Source of the DNA: Candidatus Saccharimonadota bacterium
GTDB taxonomy: Bacteria > Patescibacteriota > Microgenomatia > UBA1406 > GWC2-37-13
Assembly (NCBI GenBank): GCA_016700135.1
Contig: CP065004.1
Span: 450,001 to 482,000 of the forward strand
Direction of reading: 5' to 3'
DNA: 32,000 bases
The translations under genes were made by a program, and so were the position numbers. Numbering within the stretch: the stretch's first letter is position 1; every line of letters starts with the position of its first letter. This document shows positions 23,481 through 32,000 of the stretch, in pieces. The notes under the pieces are model-generated. The model worked only from the letters and a program-made list of their open reading frames with translations. It had not been told where the DNA came from and did not search any database.

Positions 23481-24572
23481 TTAGCGGTAGAAGACCGGCT
23501 TTTCACTTTGAGGCAAGATAAGACTCATTCTTCTGTCTTTTTTATTGATTCTTTCAATAAAGACTTTGACTTTGTCTCCCATCTTGAATTCCTCTTGACC
23601 TGAAAGCTTACTTACATGAATAAGTCCTTCAACACCGGGTTCCAATCTGACAAAATATCCATATCGTTCTTTTCTGACGATCTCTCCGGCATGCTCTTTC
23701 TCTTTCGGATATTTTTCCTCTATTTCTTTCCACGGATCATTTTCGAGTCTTTTTATGGAAAGATTGAGTTTCAGATCGTCTTCGTTCTTTTCAACGACAA
23801 GAACCTTGATCTTTTCACCCTGTTTGACGTACACGGATGCATTGGTTACCTTTTCCCAGGAAATTTCTGAGATGTGAACCAGTCCTTCGACACCGTTTAC
23901 TTCACAGAAAATGCCGAATTCCGAAACACCAAGTACGGTTGCTTCATACTCTTCGTTAAGTTTGATTTTATCAAATCTTTCTTTAAGGTCTTTCTGTGAA
24001 ATATTCAGTACTGCCGCTTTCTGAGAAACGACAAGTCGGTTTTTTTCTTCATCAACTTCAAGCACTTTTACTTTAATTCTCTGTCCTTCAAGTTTTGACG
24101 GATCCTCCAGGAAGTCTGTTGTGAGTTGGATCTTCGGGATTACTCCGCGGATACCCATAAAATCGACAAATACGCCGCCTTTCCCATATTCACCGCAGAT
24201 GACATCAATATCTTCTTCATTTTTCTTTTTCTGCTGCAGGATGTCCCATTTACCCTTTTCAAAGAAAGTTCTCATGGAAACAACCGGAAAGCCCTCCCGT
24301 GATTCTTCTGAGATGATACGGACATGTACTTTGTCTCCTTCTTTCAAGTATGGAAGGTATGTAGTAATTTCCTTCAGTTCTTTTTCACCGAGGACTGCGT
24401 GTGCTTTAGCACCGACATCAAACAACACATTTTTCTTGGAAAGAGTAAGAATGCGGGCATCCATTTCTTTTCCTTTTTGTATGTTTGACACTGCCTGATT
24501 CTGAAGCAGCGCTTCCATGGGATGGGCCTCCTTTCCTGTTGTTGTTTGTTTTTTTGGTTGATTTTTTGCCAT
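23481..24572 (-). CDS. rpsA: 30S ribosomal protein S1 (four S1 domains)
   Basis: Repeated S1 OB-fold modules (GVFVDFMGIRGVIPKIQL, GIFCEVNGVEGLVHISEIS, GYFVRLEPGVEGLIHVSKLS). 363 aa. Confidence 0.85.
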   Translation of the reverse strand: MAKNQPKKQTTTGKEAHPMEALLQNQAVSNIQKGKEMDARILTLSKKNVLFDVGAKAHAVLGEKELKEITTYLPYLKEGDKVHVRIISEESREGFPVVSMRTFFEKGKWDILQQKKKNEEDIDVICGEYGKGGVFVDFMGIRGVIPKIQLTTDFLEDPSKLEGQRIKVKVLEVDEEKNRLVVSQKAAVLNISQKDLKERFDKIKLNEEYEATVLGVSEFGIFCEVNGVEGLVHISEISWEKVTNASVYVKQGEKIKVLVVEKNEDDLKLNLSIKRLENDPWKEIEEKYPKEKEHAGEIVRKERYGYFVRLEPGVEGLIHVSKLSGQEEFKMGDKVKVFIERINKKDRRMSLILPQSEKPVFYR

Positions 24573-24662
24573 AAATTATTCTCCTTCCCCCGTTTGGGGA
24601 TAGGTTATTACTATACCACATTTTGGGTAAAATACAACGTTTTTTCCGTAAAGAACGCCTTT

Positions 24663-25205
24663 TTATCGGAGTTTGTCGAGGGAAGATTTTGCCTCTTCAT
24701 TTTTTTTAAGAAGTGATTGGAGGGTATCTATTTCTGCCTGTGTCGTTTTTTCCATAACATCGGTTATAACTTGTTTGTGTTTTGCATTGCTTTGATACAG
24801 CTCCGGCATGAAATCACTCGGGTATGAACCGCCCTGTTCTTTTACTTCTTTAAGAAGCTCTGGGATGTGCAGGAATTTGTCCTCGGCTTTCATCAGTTCT
24901 TTTATAGCAAGCTGCTCTGTCCCTTTATTAGCAAGCTCCATGGCGGCGGACATATGTTTATCAGAAAGATGCAGATACAAATTAGCCTTTTTGTAGTTGT
25001 CACGGGTTGTGAAAAGAAGGATATTGTCACGCATTACTTTGACAAGATACAGCGGATGGTCCGGCAGCAAACCGGGATACGGAAGCTGGTAAAGAACTTC
25101 TTTTTCTTCTATATTGATGGATTGAGATTGCGTAATGTTGTAAATCGAAGGAACGAAAAAAAGTGCAGACAGAAACGCAAGAACAATAATAACGAACTGT
25201 TTCAT
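24663..25205 (-). CDS. DUF5667-like exported protein
   Basis: N-terminal signal/TM segment followed by LPYPGLLPDHPLYLVKVMRDNI, the conserved DUF5667 opening motif. Confidence 0.55.
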   Translation of the reverse strand: MKQFVIIVLAFLSALFFVPSIYNITQSQSINIEEKEVLYQLPYPGLLPDHPLYLVKVMRDNILLFTTRDNYKKANLYLHLSDKHMSAAMELANKGTEQLAIKELMKAEDKFLHIPELLKEVKEQGGSYPSDFMPELYQSNAKHKQVITDVMEKTTQAEIDTLQSLLKKNEEAKSSLDKLR

Positions 25206-25229
25206 AAACCAAAATTATGTAAATAATAA

Positions 25230-25268
25230 CCCCGCTCTTTCTTGAAAAAATCTTCGATGTGAGCGGGG
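25230..25268 (-). terminator. GC-rich hairpin downstream of hup
   Basis: CCCCGCTC (25230-25237) pairs with GAGCGGGG (25261-25268). The loop is long (23 nt), and on the minus strand an A/T-rich stretch follows. Confidence 0.35.
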
Positions 25269-25281
25269 CTATATTTACGAG

Positions 25282-25554
25282 TTATTTAACTCTTCTTTTA
25301 AGACTTTTACCAGCGGTAAAGCCCGGTGTTTTTGTTGCAGGGATTTTGATTTCTGCACCAGTTTGAGGATTGCGTCCTTTTCTGGCTGCTCGTCCTCTTA
25401 CGAGGAATGTTCCGAAACCAGTAACCACTACTTTTTCACCTCGCTCCATTGCTTCAGCGACTGTGTCAAAGACTGCATTGACTGCATCTTTTGCTGCTTT
25501 GGAGGTGAGTCCGGCTCTTTTTGCTACTTGAGCAATAAGGTCAGCTTTTGTCAT
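25282..25554 (-). CDS. hup: DNA-binding protein HU
   Basis: [73 protein letters not shown] is a textbook HU/IHF-family sequence. 90 aa. Confidence 0.95.
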   Translation of the reverse strand: MTKADLIAQVAKRAGLTSKAAKDAVNAVFDTVAEAMERGEKVVVTGFGTFLVRGRAARKGRNPQTGAEIKIPATKTPGFTAGKSLKRRVK

Positions 25555-25735
25555 GTATTATTTCACCTCCCTTCTTTGACTGTGTATGCTTCTACTCTCT
25601 TCAGCCATAGGCCGATCGTCTGATGGACGAAGATAGAGCGTAGGAGTAAGATATAACATAATCTCCTTTACAGCTTATCTCCTACTGGGCCTCTTGTCAA
25701 TCCGTACTTAGTTGATCGTATTGCTACAATCTATA

Positions 25736-27190
25736 TCAATTGTACTTTGCCGTCGCTTCAGCACGGTATTCCCGGAGCACTGTGATCTTTATCTGCCCGG
25801 GGAATACATCGAATTTTTTCTCTAATTCCTCTTTTAGTTTTGATGCCAAAATGGTCGCATCATCATCTGAGATTTCATCAGGTCTGACGATAACCCGAAG
25901 CTCACGACCGGCCTGCAAAGCATATGCTTCACGCACTCCTTTTTGTTTTGTTGCCGTTTCCTCGATTGTTTTGATTCTTTTCAGATATTCTTGAAAGTCT
26001 TCATGCCTTGCACCGGGCCGTCCTCCTGAGACTGCATCAGCAATATACACAATGATTGCTTCTATAGATGGAAACGGAATGTCTTCATGATGAGCAGCTA
26101 CACAGTCCACTACTTTCTTTGCAAAACCGTGTTTTTTCAATAGCTCCACACCGAGATCGACATGAGAACCTTCTTTATCCGTCACAACTTTCCCGATATC
26201 ATGCAGGAGACAACCGATTTTTACGGTATTCACATCTGCTTTGAGTTCCTGTGCTATTGCTATACCGATACGGGTTTCTTCAAGGGTATGAAGGATCATA
26301 TTCTGACCGTATGAGTACCTGAACTTAAAGTGTCCGAGAAGTTTCACCAGCTCATGCGGTAAATTGAACACACCTACGCGATGAACTAAATCTTCACCTG
26401 CTTTATAGATTGTTTCATCAACTTCTTTTCGTACTTTCTTAACAATTTCTTCAATTCGCTGCGGCTGAATACGTCCGTCTTTGATAAGCTTCTCCATTGA
26501 GACTCGGGCAATCTCACGGCGGACTGCATCAAATGAAGATATGCGAATAACACCTTCTTCTTCCAGATCAACATCAACACCCGTTGCAAGCTCAAAAGCC
26601 CGAATATTTCGACCGTCTTTGCCGATTATTCTTCCTTTGTAGTCGTCGCTTGGGAGTTGAATGACTGCTAATGTGTATTCAGAAACATAATCAGTTGCTC
26701 CGTAGCGCATGGAATCAACAAGAATTTCCTTTGCTTTTTCGGATGCTGTTTTCTGGATTTCTTCTTCTGACTCACGAATTTTTTTAGCGATTTCTCCTTT
26801 CAGCTTGTCTTCCCAAGCTGTAAGAAGCAGCTTTCGTGCTTCATCTTTCGTCATCTGAGCAATTTTTTCAAGCTTTATAATGATTTTATCTTTGGATTCT
26901 TCATATTCTTTTCTTCTTTTTTCGGCAAGCTGTTCTTTATCACGAAGACTTTGCTCTTTACTTTGAGCGGCTTTTTCACGTTCCGCAATCGTTTGCTCTT
27001 TACGGGACAGTCTTTTTTCAATTTCAAGACTATCGCTCATGATTTTGCGGGCTTCTTTTTCAGCATCCTGCTTGATTTTTAACGCTTCCTCAGTAGCATG
27101 CAAAATGACTTCCTTTGCCTGCTGCTTTGCTTTTATTATCTCTTCCTGTCTTTCTTGTTTGAAGATGGAATTTATGAGTGACTTAAACAT
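25736..27190 (-). CDS. rny: ribonuclease Y
   Basis: Coiled-coil N-terminus, KH domain (GRIIGKDGRNIRAFELATGVDV) and HD domain (CLLHDIGK...AAHHED). 484 aa. Confidence 0.9.
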   Translation of the reverse strand: MFKSLINSIFKQERQEEIIKAKQQAKEVILHATEEALKIKQDAEKEARKIMSDSLEIEKRLSRKEQTIAEREKAAQSKEQSLRDKEQLAEKRRKEYEESKDKIIIKLEKIAQMTKDEARKLLLTAWEDKLKGEIAKKIRESEEEIQKTASEKAKEILVDSMRYGATDYVSEYTLAVIQLPSDDYKGRIIGKDGRNIRAFELATGVDVDLEEEGVIRISSFDAVRREIARVSMEKLIKDGRIQPQRIEEIVKKVRKEVDETIYKAGEDLVHRVGVFNLPHELVKLLGHFKFRYSYGQNMILHTLEETRIGIAIAQELKADVNTVKIGCLLHDIGKVVTDKEGSHVDLGVELLKKHGFAKKVVDCVAAHHEDIPFPSIEAIIVYIADAVSGGRPGARHEDFQEYLKRIKTIEETATKQKGVREAYALQAGRELRVIVRPDEISDDDATILASKLKEELEKKFDVFPGQIKITVLREYRAEATAKYN

Positions 27191-27448
27191 ACAATTTGTG
27201 TGGTGAAGGGGTGGAAGTATGTATGCGTACCGAGATCTCTTTCTATATACAATATGCAGAAGAGTTCTGCATCAGAACCAAGTTCCTGTATTGCCAGGAA
27301 TTATGATGTTTTTGTATTGTTGTAATAAGATAAAAAGATTTGTAGTCGCATACTAATATAAGTTAATTTATGTTGTTAACACCCAACTTCATCAATTATT
27401 AACCCTTCTATTGTACCTCCTCTTACCTGTTTCTTCAATACAATCGTT

Positions 27449-27931
27449 CTATTCCATATTTTTTTCGAGTTCATCCAGTGCTTCTTTTGCGGTATCGAAT
27501 GAGAATCCGCGGCGGGAAAGAAAATCAATTGCGCGCTTTTTTCGCTTGAGAGGATCAAGATTTTTATACCGTGCCCATGCTTTCTTGAGTGCTTCTTTTG
27601 CTAAAAAATCTTCATGTATTTCGCTTTTCTCAAAGTAAGCACTTATTTTTTCCTCCGGCAGGCCTTTTTTAAGAAGTTCCAACCTCAGAGCGTACATACC
27701 TTTAGGTTTTGCGGTAGTCCGATATCTGACATAAGATTCAATAAATAAATCATCATTAAGATACTTCTGAAGTTTCAGTTCATGCATGACCTCTTTAATA
27801 TCATCATCAGTTGCGTGATATTGATCGGCCTTTTTTTTCAGGTAATCAAGCATTTCTTTTTCGCTTCTTTGGCGAAGATAAAGATAAAAATATGCTTTAT
27901 TAAGAAGCTTATCTTTATGTTCTTTTGACAT
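27449..27931 (-). CDS. recX: recombination regulator RecX
   Basis: 160-aa helical-repeat protein immediately downstream of recA, with the RecX-like pattern (YLNDDLFIESYVRYR...). Confidence 0.75.
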   Translation of the reverse strand: MSKEHKDKLLNKAYFYLYLRQRSEKEMLDYLKKKADQYHATDDDIKEVMHELKLQKYLNDDLFIESYVRYRTTAKPKGMYALRLELLKKGLPEEKISAYFEKSEIHEDFLAKEALKKAWARYKNLDPLKRKKRAIDFLSRRGFSFDTAKEALDELEKNME

Positions 27932-27942
27932 ATTCTGATGAC

Positions 27943-28995
27943 TTATTCCGCTTTTATATCAATCTTCTCTGTTTTTGCTTTTTTGACATCCAGAACTTCA
28001 TAGACTTTCTTTGTCAGCTCCTGTCTCAGTTTGTCATCCTGCTTGAGAGTTTCCTTCGTCTGCTCCATTCCCTGGCCGACAACGGTTCCTCCGTATTTGT
28101 AAAAGGCACCGCTTTTATCCAAAATGTTCTTCTCAGCAGCAATATCCACCAGAGATCCGAGATTATCAACTCCGTCGGGTAATATTGAAAATTCTGCTTT
28201 TTTAAAAGGAGGTGCAATCTTATTTTTGACGACTTTCACGCGCACACGGGCACCGAGTACTTCGTCGCCTTTTTTGAGTGTTTGGATTTTGCGGACATCC
28301 ATGCGCACGGATGCGTAAAATTTAAGAGCCATCCCTCCCGTTGTTGTTTCCGGGTTTCCGAACATTACTCCGATCTTCATACGAAGCTGGTTGGTGAAGA
28401 TAATGGTAGTTTTTGATTTTGATACGACTGCTGTAAGTTTTCTCAACGCCTGGGACATAAGTCTTGCCTGAAGTCCCATTTGAGCATCTCCCATTTCACC
28501 TTCAATCTCAGCGCGCGGCACAAGTGCGGCAACAGAGTCAACTACAATAAGATCAACTGCTCCCGAGCGGACCAATGTTTCCGTTATTTCCAAGGCTTGC
28601 TCTCCGGTATCCGGCTGAGATATCAACAATTCATCAAGGTTCACTCCCAAAACCTCTGCCCAGGCAGGATCAAGAGCATGTTCAGCGTCTACAAATGCGG
28701 CTGTCCCGCCTGATTGCTGTACTTGAGAGACAATCGAGAGCGTAATGGTTGTTTTACCTGAAGCTTCGGGACCGTATATTTCAATAATTCTTCCTTTAGG
28801 AATTCCTCCTACGCCGAGGGCAATATCAAGTGGAAGAATTCGTGTTGATATGGTTTCTACAACGGTGGAGGGTCCTTCTCCCATTTTCATAATCGAACCC
28901 TTCCCGAATTGTTTCTGAATTTGTTCAATTGCAAGGTCAATAGCTTTGTTTTTTGCGCTTCTTTCAGGAGTATCAGTTGTTTTTTTTACTGCCAT
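27943..28995 (-). CDS. recA: recombinase RecA
   Basis: Walker A is [15 protein letters not shown]. Also present are [34 protein letters not shown] and [23 protein letters not shown]. The ATG at 28995 (MAVKK...) is preferred over 29022. Confidence 0.95.
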   Translation of the reverse strand: MAVKKTTDTPERSAKNKAIDLAIEQIQKQFGKGSIMKMGEGPSTVVETISTRILPLDIALGVGGIPKGRIIEIYGPEASGKTTITLSIVSQVQQSGGTAAFVDAEHALDPAWAEVLGVNLDELLISQPDTGEQALEITETLVRSGAVDLIVVDSVAALVPRAEIEGEMGDAQMGLQARLMSQALRKLTAVVSKSKTTIIFTNQLRMKIGVMFGNPETTTGGMALKFYASVRMDVRKIQTLKKGDEVLGARVRVKVVKNKIAPPFKKAEFSILPDGVDNLGSLVDIAAEKNILDKSGAFYKYGGTVVGQGMEQTKETLKQDDKLRQELTKKVYEVLDVKKAKTEKIDIKAE

Positions 28996-29112
28996 ACATA
29001 TATTCAAATAGTAATTGCACACATTATTGCAGACAAAAAAACAAAAATCAATCCAATGATTGCGTAATGATATAACAAAAGAAGTGTTTCTTATCGAAGT
29101 CTTACCTGTCTA

Positions 29113-29586
29113 TTATTTTCTTCTCAGGTAAATGCCTGCAGTCATTGCGGCAAGAGAGAGGGGCAACATGAGTGTTGCGGCACCTGTTTCCGGAATTTGA
29201 TTAACGCCACCTTTAGTATTGTTTGTATTTACATAGGTGATCGTCTTTGTTCCGTTGTTCGGTGTTCCAGTTTGGGAACCGCTTTCAACTACTTTTATCT
29301 GAACCGGTGTTGTAGTCGGTGTTCCCGAAAGAATTTCGACCATACTTCCCGCTTTTGTCGGAGTAGGAGTCGGGGTTTCTTCTTCGTTGTTAAAAAGGAA
29401 TGCAAAAGGATTCCAACCACTTCTCTCCTCTGCTTCTGAGGGAGTAGAGGTAGGAGTAACCGTCACGGTTACATTATTCCCGTCGGCAACGGTGGACTGT
29501 TGTCTGACACGGTTGCTGATCCACACAAAAATGAGGATCAATACGATAAATCCGAGTACGAGTGAAACGAGTTTGTTGAATTCCAT
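29113..29586 (-). CDS. Thr/Pro-rich surface protein with an LPXTG-type (IPETG) sorting signal
   Basis: The C-terminal QIPETGAATLMLPLSLAAMTAGIYLRRK is a sortase motif plus a hydrophobic helix and a basic tail. There is an N-terminal signal anchor. Confidence 0.6.
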   Translation of the reverse strand: MEFNKLVSLVLGFIVLILIFVWISNRVRQQSTVADGNNVTVTVTPTSTPSEAEERSGWNPFAFLFNNEEETPTPTPTKAGSMVEILSGTPTTTPVQIKVVESGSQTGTPNNGTKTITYVNTNNTKGGVNQIPETGAATLMLPLSLAAMTAGIYLRRK

Positions 29587-29659
29587 AGAGTGTATTATAT
29601 CATTATAGGATACTGTTTACAACGGTTTCTTACGAAGTTTTGATGATCCTAATGCGGTA

Positions 29660-30379
29660 TTAGGAACCGTGTGCAAATGCGTACAAAAAAACCTTTGCGG
29701 CTCCCCTTTTTTTCAATGCGGTTGTCGCCTCTTTAGCCGTACTTGCAGAGGTGAAAATATCATCCACTAAAATAATTGTTTTCCCGCGGATGAGATCTTC
29801 ATTTGTCACAGCAAATGCTCCTTTGATATTTCCCTCCCGTTCTTTTCTGGTTGCGATTTTTGCCTGAGGAAGTGTGTTTTTAATTCTCTTAAGACAGTCA
29901 GTTATTGAAATCCCTGTTTCTTTTGAAAGATGGCGGGCAACAATTTCTGCCTGATTGAATCCCCTCAGTTTCAGCCTCGCAGAATGGAGAGGAATAGGTT
30001 GAATAAGTACTTCCTCCCGGGGAAGTCTCTGAAAGATCTCCGTTCTCCACCAGTGATCCGGGAAAAGTTCAACAATCTGATTAAAAGTATCATATGCAAG
30101 TCTATATTTTATGTTTTTTACGATTTTTTTTGCGATTGCATTGTACCTGACAATCGAGATTGCGCCGTCGAGTCCGTTTCGTTTTTGACACCTTTCATGT
30201 GTCTTTCCTCCCGGTGAGTTACGGTAACAGTATGGACAAACATCCAGGACGGAAGGTTTGATTTCTTTTCGGCAAGTATCACACAATATCCGACCGAGTT
30301 TTGCACAGCCTATACAGTATTTTGGGAATAATAAGTCGAGTAACATACCGGATATACATAAGAGTATAACAGTTTTCAC
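29660..30379 (-). CDS. comF: ComF-family phosphoribosyltransferase-fold competence protein
   Basis: N-terminal double CxxC zinc finger (CIGCAK...CDTC...CPYC) and a C-terminal PRT motif (IILVDDIFTSASTAKEA). Confidence 0.75.
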   Translation of the reverse strand: MKTVILLCISGMLLDLLFPKYCIGCAKLGRILCDTCRKEIKPSVLDVCPYCYRNSPGGKTHERCQKRNGLDGAISIVRYNAIAKKIVKNIKYRLAYDTFNQIVELFPDHWWRTEIFQRLPREEVLIQPIPLHSARLKLRGFNQAEIVARHLSKETGISITDCLKRIKNTLPQAKIATRKEREGNIKGAFAVTNEDLIRGKTIILVDDIFTSASTAKEATTALKKRGAAKVFLYAFAHGS

Positions 30380-30438
30380 TTAACTTCTTTTTGATACATT
30401 TTGATTGCTTGTAAATTGATGTTAATATGTTTATTATT

Positions 30439-30457
30439 TGTGGATAAGTTATCCACA
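30439..30457. promoter_or_regulatory. pair of consensus DnaA boxes (TGTGGATAA g TTATCCACA) in the oriC/dnaA promoter region
   Basis: Exact 9-mers at 30439-30447 and 30449-30457, 22 nt upstream of the dnaA start. They are flanked by AT-rich sequence (30380-30438). Confidence 0.7.
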
Positions 30458-30478
30458 TTTTATTCGTATTGTTCACTT

Positions 30479-31813
30479 ATGGCTATGTTGTCGTCTTTTT
30501 GGGATTCTTTTTTGGAATCAATATCCGAAAAAAAAGAAAAAAATCCGATATTCTTCTCCATTCTGAAAGATGCACAGCCAGTTGAGATTAAAGGAGATAT
30601 CTTGGTTTTATCCTGCAGTAGCAACGGAGCTAAGAGTTATCTTGATAAAAAGAAAGAGGAAATTGAAGATCTTGTTTCCTTCAAGGCCGGTAAAAAAACT
30701 TCCGTTGAAATCGTCATACAGGAAAAAAAACTTGACGGGACAGCCCCTCTTTTGGACTTTCAGCCCTCAAAAGAAGATATATATAGGAAGTCGGGTTTAA
30801 ATATCAACTACAATTTTGAAAATTTTGCCGTTTCACCGACGAATCAAATTGCTTTTGCTGCCGCACAATCAGTTGCCAAGTCTCCGGGTGTATCCTACAA
30901 TCCTTTGTTTTTTTACGGGGGGGTTGGGGTCGGTAAGACCCATCTGGCACAGTCTATTGCCAAAGTCATTCTTGACCAGGACTCGGAAAACAATGTGTAT
31001 TTCTGTTCCAGTGAGAAATTCATGAATGAACTCATTGAATCAATCCGTGCCAAGACTACTGCCCGATTCCGAAAGAAATACCGTTCCCTCAATCTTATTA
31101 TTGTTGATGATATTCAGTTTCTGGCCGGGAAACAAACCGTTCAGGAAGAGTTTTTTCACACGTTCAACAGTATTGTCTCTGCCGGCGGACAGGTGGTTTT
31201 GACATCTGACCGACCACCCTTTGAGATCAGGAATTTAGAAGACCGTCTTCGTTCCCGTTTCTCCGGCGGTCTTATTGTAGATATCCAACAGCCCGATTTT
31301 GAGCTACGCACCGCCATTCTCCTCATTAAAGCAAGAGAAAAGAACATCGCGATTGATATGGAAGCGGCAAAAATCATTGCCGAAACCGTCCTTGATACAC
31401 GTTCTCTTGAGGGGACACTTCTTTCATTGTACGCCCGAACCCTTACTTCCAACTTGAATCGCATAGATTTGAGTGTTGTTGAAGATTTTTTCCATGCGAA
31501 AACAGAACACGTCAAAAAAAGAATGTCTCCGCAGGATGTCATTAAAACCGTTTGTTCTTTTTACAATATAAAACAGTCACATATTAAGGGCGCAACGAGG
31601 AAAAGTACAATAGCGCTCGCCCGTCAGATTGTGATGTATCTTCTCAGAACAGAACTTGATCTGAACCTTGAAGAGGTCGCATATCTTGTAAAGAGAAAGG
31701 ATCATACTACAGTTATTCACGCCATCAATAAGGTTCGTGAAAGAAGTATGAAAGATGATTCTTTCAGGCATGAAATTGAAATGATAACGAAGTCATTGCA
31801 GTCGTCAACATGA
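30479..31813 (+). CDS. dnaA: chromosomal replication initiator protein DnaA
   Basis: Walker A is GGVGVGKTHL and Walker B is IIVDDIQFL. The C-terminal DNA-binding domain is VIKTVCSFYNIKQSHIKGATRKSTIALARQIVMYLLR...HTTVIHAINKV. The start at 30479 (MAMLSSFW...) is preferred over the ORF-track start at 30401, whose upstream extension would read through the DnaA boxes. Confidence 0.9.
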   Translation: MAMLSSFWDSFLESISEKKEKNPIFFSILKDAQPVEIKGDILVLSCSSNGAKSYLDKKKEEIEDLVSFKAGKKTSVEIVIQEKKLDGTAPLLDFQPSKEDIYRKSGLNINYNFENFAVSPTNQIAFAAAQSVAKSPGVSYNPLFFYGGVGVGKTHLAQSIAKVILDQDSENNVYFCSSEKFMNELIESIRAKTTARFRKKYRSLNLIIVDDIQFLAGKQTVQEEFFHTFNSIVSAGGQVVLTSDRPPFEIRNLEDRLRSRFSGGLIVDIQQPDFELRTAILLIKAREKNIAIDMEAAKIIAETVLDTRSLEGTLLSLYARTLTSNLNRIDLSVVEDFFHAKTEHVKKRMSPQDVIKTVCSFYNIKQSHIKGATRKSTIALARQIVMYLLRTELDLNLEEVAYLVKRKDHTTVIHAINKVRERSMKDDSFRHEIEMITKSLQSST

Positions 31814-31886
31814 TTTCCACACGTTATAAACACACGTTTTTTGCCGGTTTGTTTTGTCTTGAAAATCCCTTTTCTATTTTATACAC

Positions 31887-31895
31887 TTATGCACA
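31887..31895. promoter_or_regulatory. DnaA box (TTATGCACA, fits TTATNCACA) in the dnaA-dnaN spacer
   Basis: The 9-mer was seen directly. An AT-rich tract (31896-31929) follows. ATTTCCACA at 31815-31823 is a 2-mismatch relative. Confidence 0.45.
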
Positions 31896-31929
31896 GCTCC
31901 TATTACTACTATTTTATATATAACTAACT

Positions 31930-32000
31930 ATGAAATTCACAATTGATAAGGACATCTTCTTCAATCAAATCAATACTGTCCAGAAATTTACCTCCGATAG
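31930..32000 (+). CDS. dnaN: DNA polymerase III beta sliding clamp, 5' end only (runs off the window)
   Basis: MKFTIDKDIFFNQINTVQKFTSD matches the usual DnaN N-terminus (MKF-i-k--l---l--v) and the position immediately after dnaA. Confidence 0.7.
   Translation, partial: MKFTIDKDIFFNQINTVQKFTSD

Noticed and set aside
27376-27558. 60-aa minus-strand ORF straddling the recX stop, and plus-strand ORF 27411..27638.
   Set aside because: They overlap the well-supported recX reading frame and have no start context or conserved features. They are probably chance ORFs in AT-rich sequence.
1-32000. I looked for CRISPR arrays, rRNA genes and long tandem or interspersed repeats.
   Set aside because: I saw no series of regularly spaced direct repeats and no rRNA-like conserved blocks. 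The only repeat structures seen are the short ones listed above. A computational repeat scan would be needed to be sure.

Overview
This 32-kb window comes from a bacterial chromosome and contains the replication origin (dnaA at 30.5 kb, dnaN start at 31.9 kb). The gene content is small core genes (recA-recX-rny, hup, rpsA, mutS-mutL, panC, comF), a type IV pilin-like protein, and DUF5667, DUF4112 and cytochrome-b5-like small proteins. By inference this fits a reduced-genome, CPR/Patescibacteria-like organism. The window has three parts. (i) 1-4.8 kb is an AT-rich accessory island. It holds two excisionase/MerR-type HTH proteins, a frameshifted DUF4238 gene, a helical-repeat protein and an HTH + HEPN (Rx4H) gene pair, and it ends at tRNA-like hairpin repeats. 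(ii) 5.9-9.0 kb holds a decayed IS1595/IS1016-like transposase next to a compact RiPP-like cassette. The cassette starts with a 59-codon Cys-rich ORF (6613-6792) that is below the ORF-track cutoff and therefore not listed. This ORF sits 8 nt upstream of a radical SAM/SPASM enzyme with a PqqD-like N-terminus. An HPr-kinase-like P-loop protein converges on the maturase, and a permease follows. This cassette is my top candidate for a novel system. (iii) 9-32 kb is mostly minus-strand housekeeping genes, co-oriented with replication from oriC at about 30.4 kb. Other notable points are a mutS gene split by an apparent 1-nt deletion, a perfect palindromic DnaA-box pair between panC and mutL about 16 kb from dnaA, an EndoQ-like PHP nuclease, and a 39% Asp/Glu small protein. 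No rRNA genes, intact tRNA genes or CRISPR arrays were seen.
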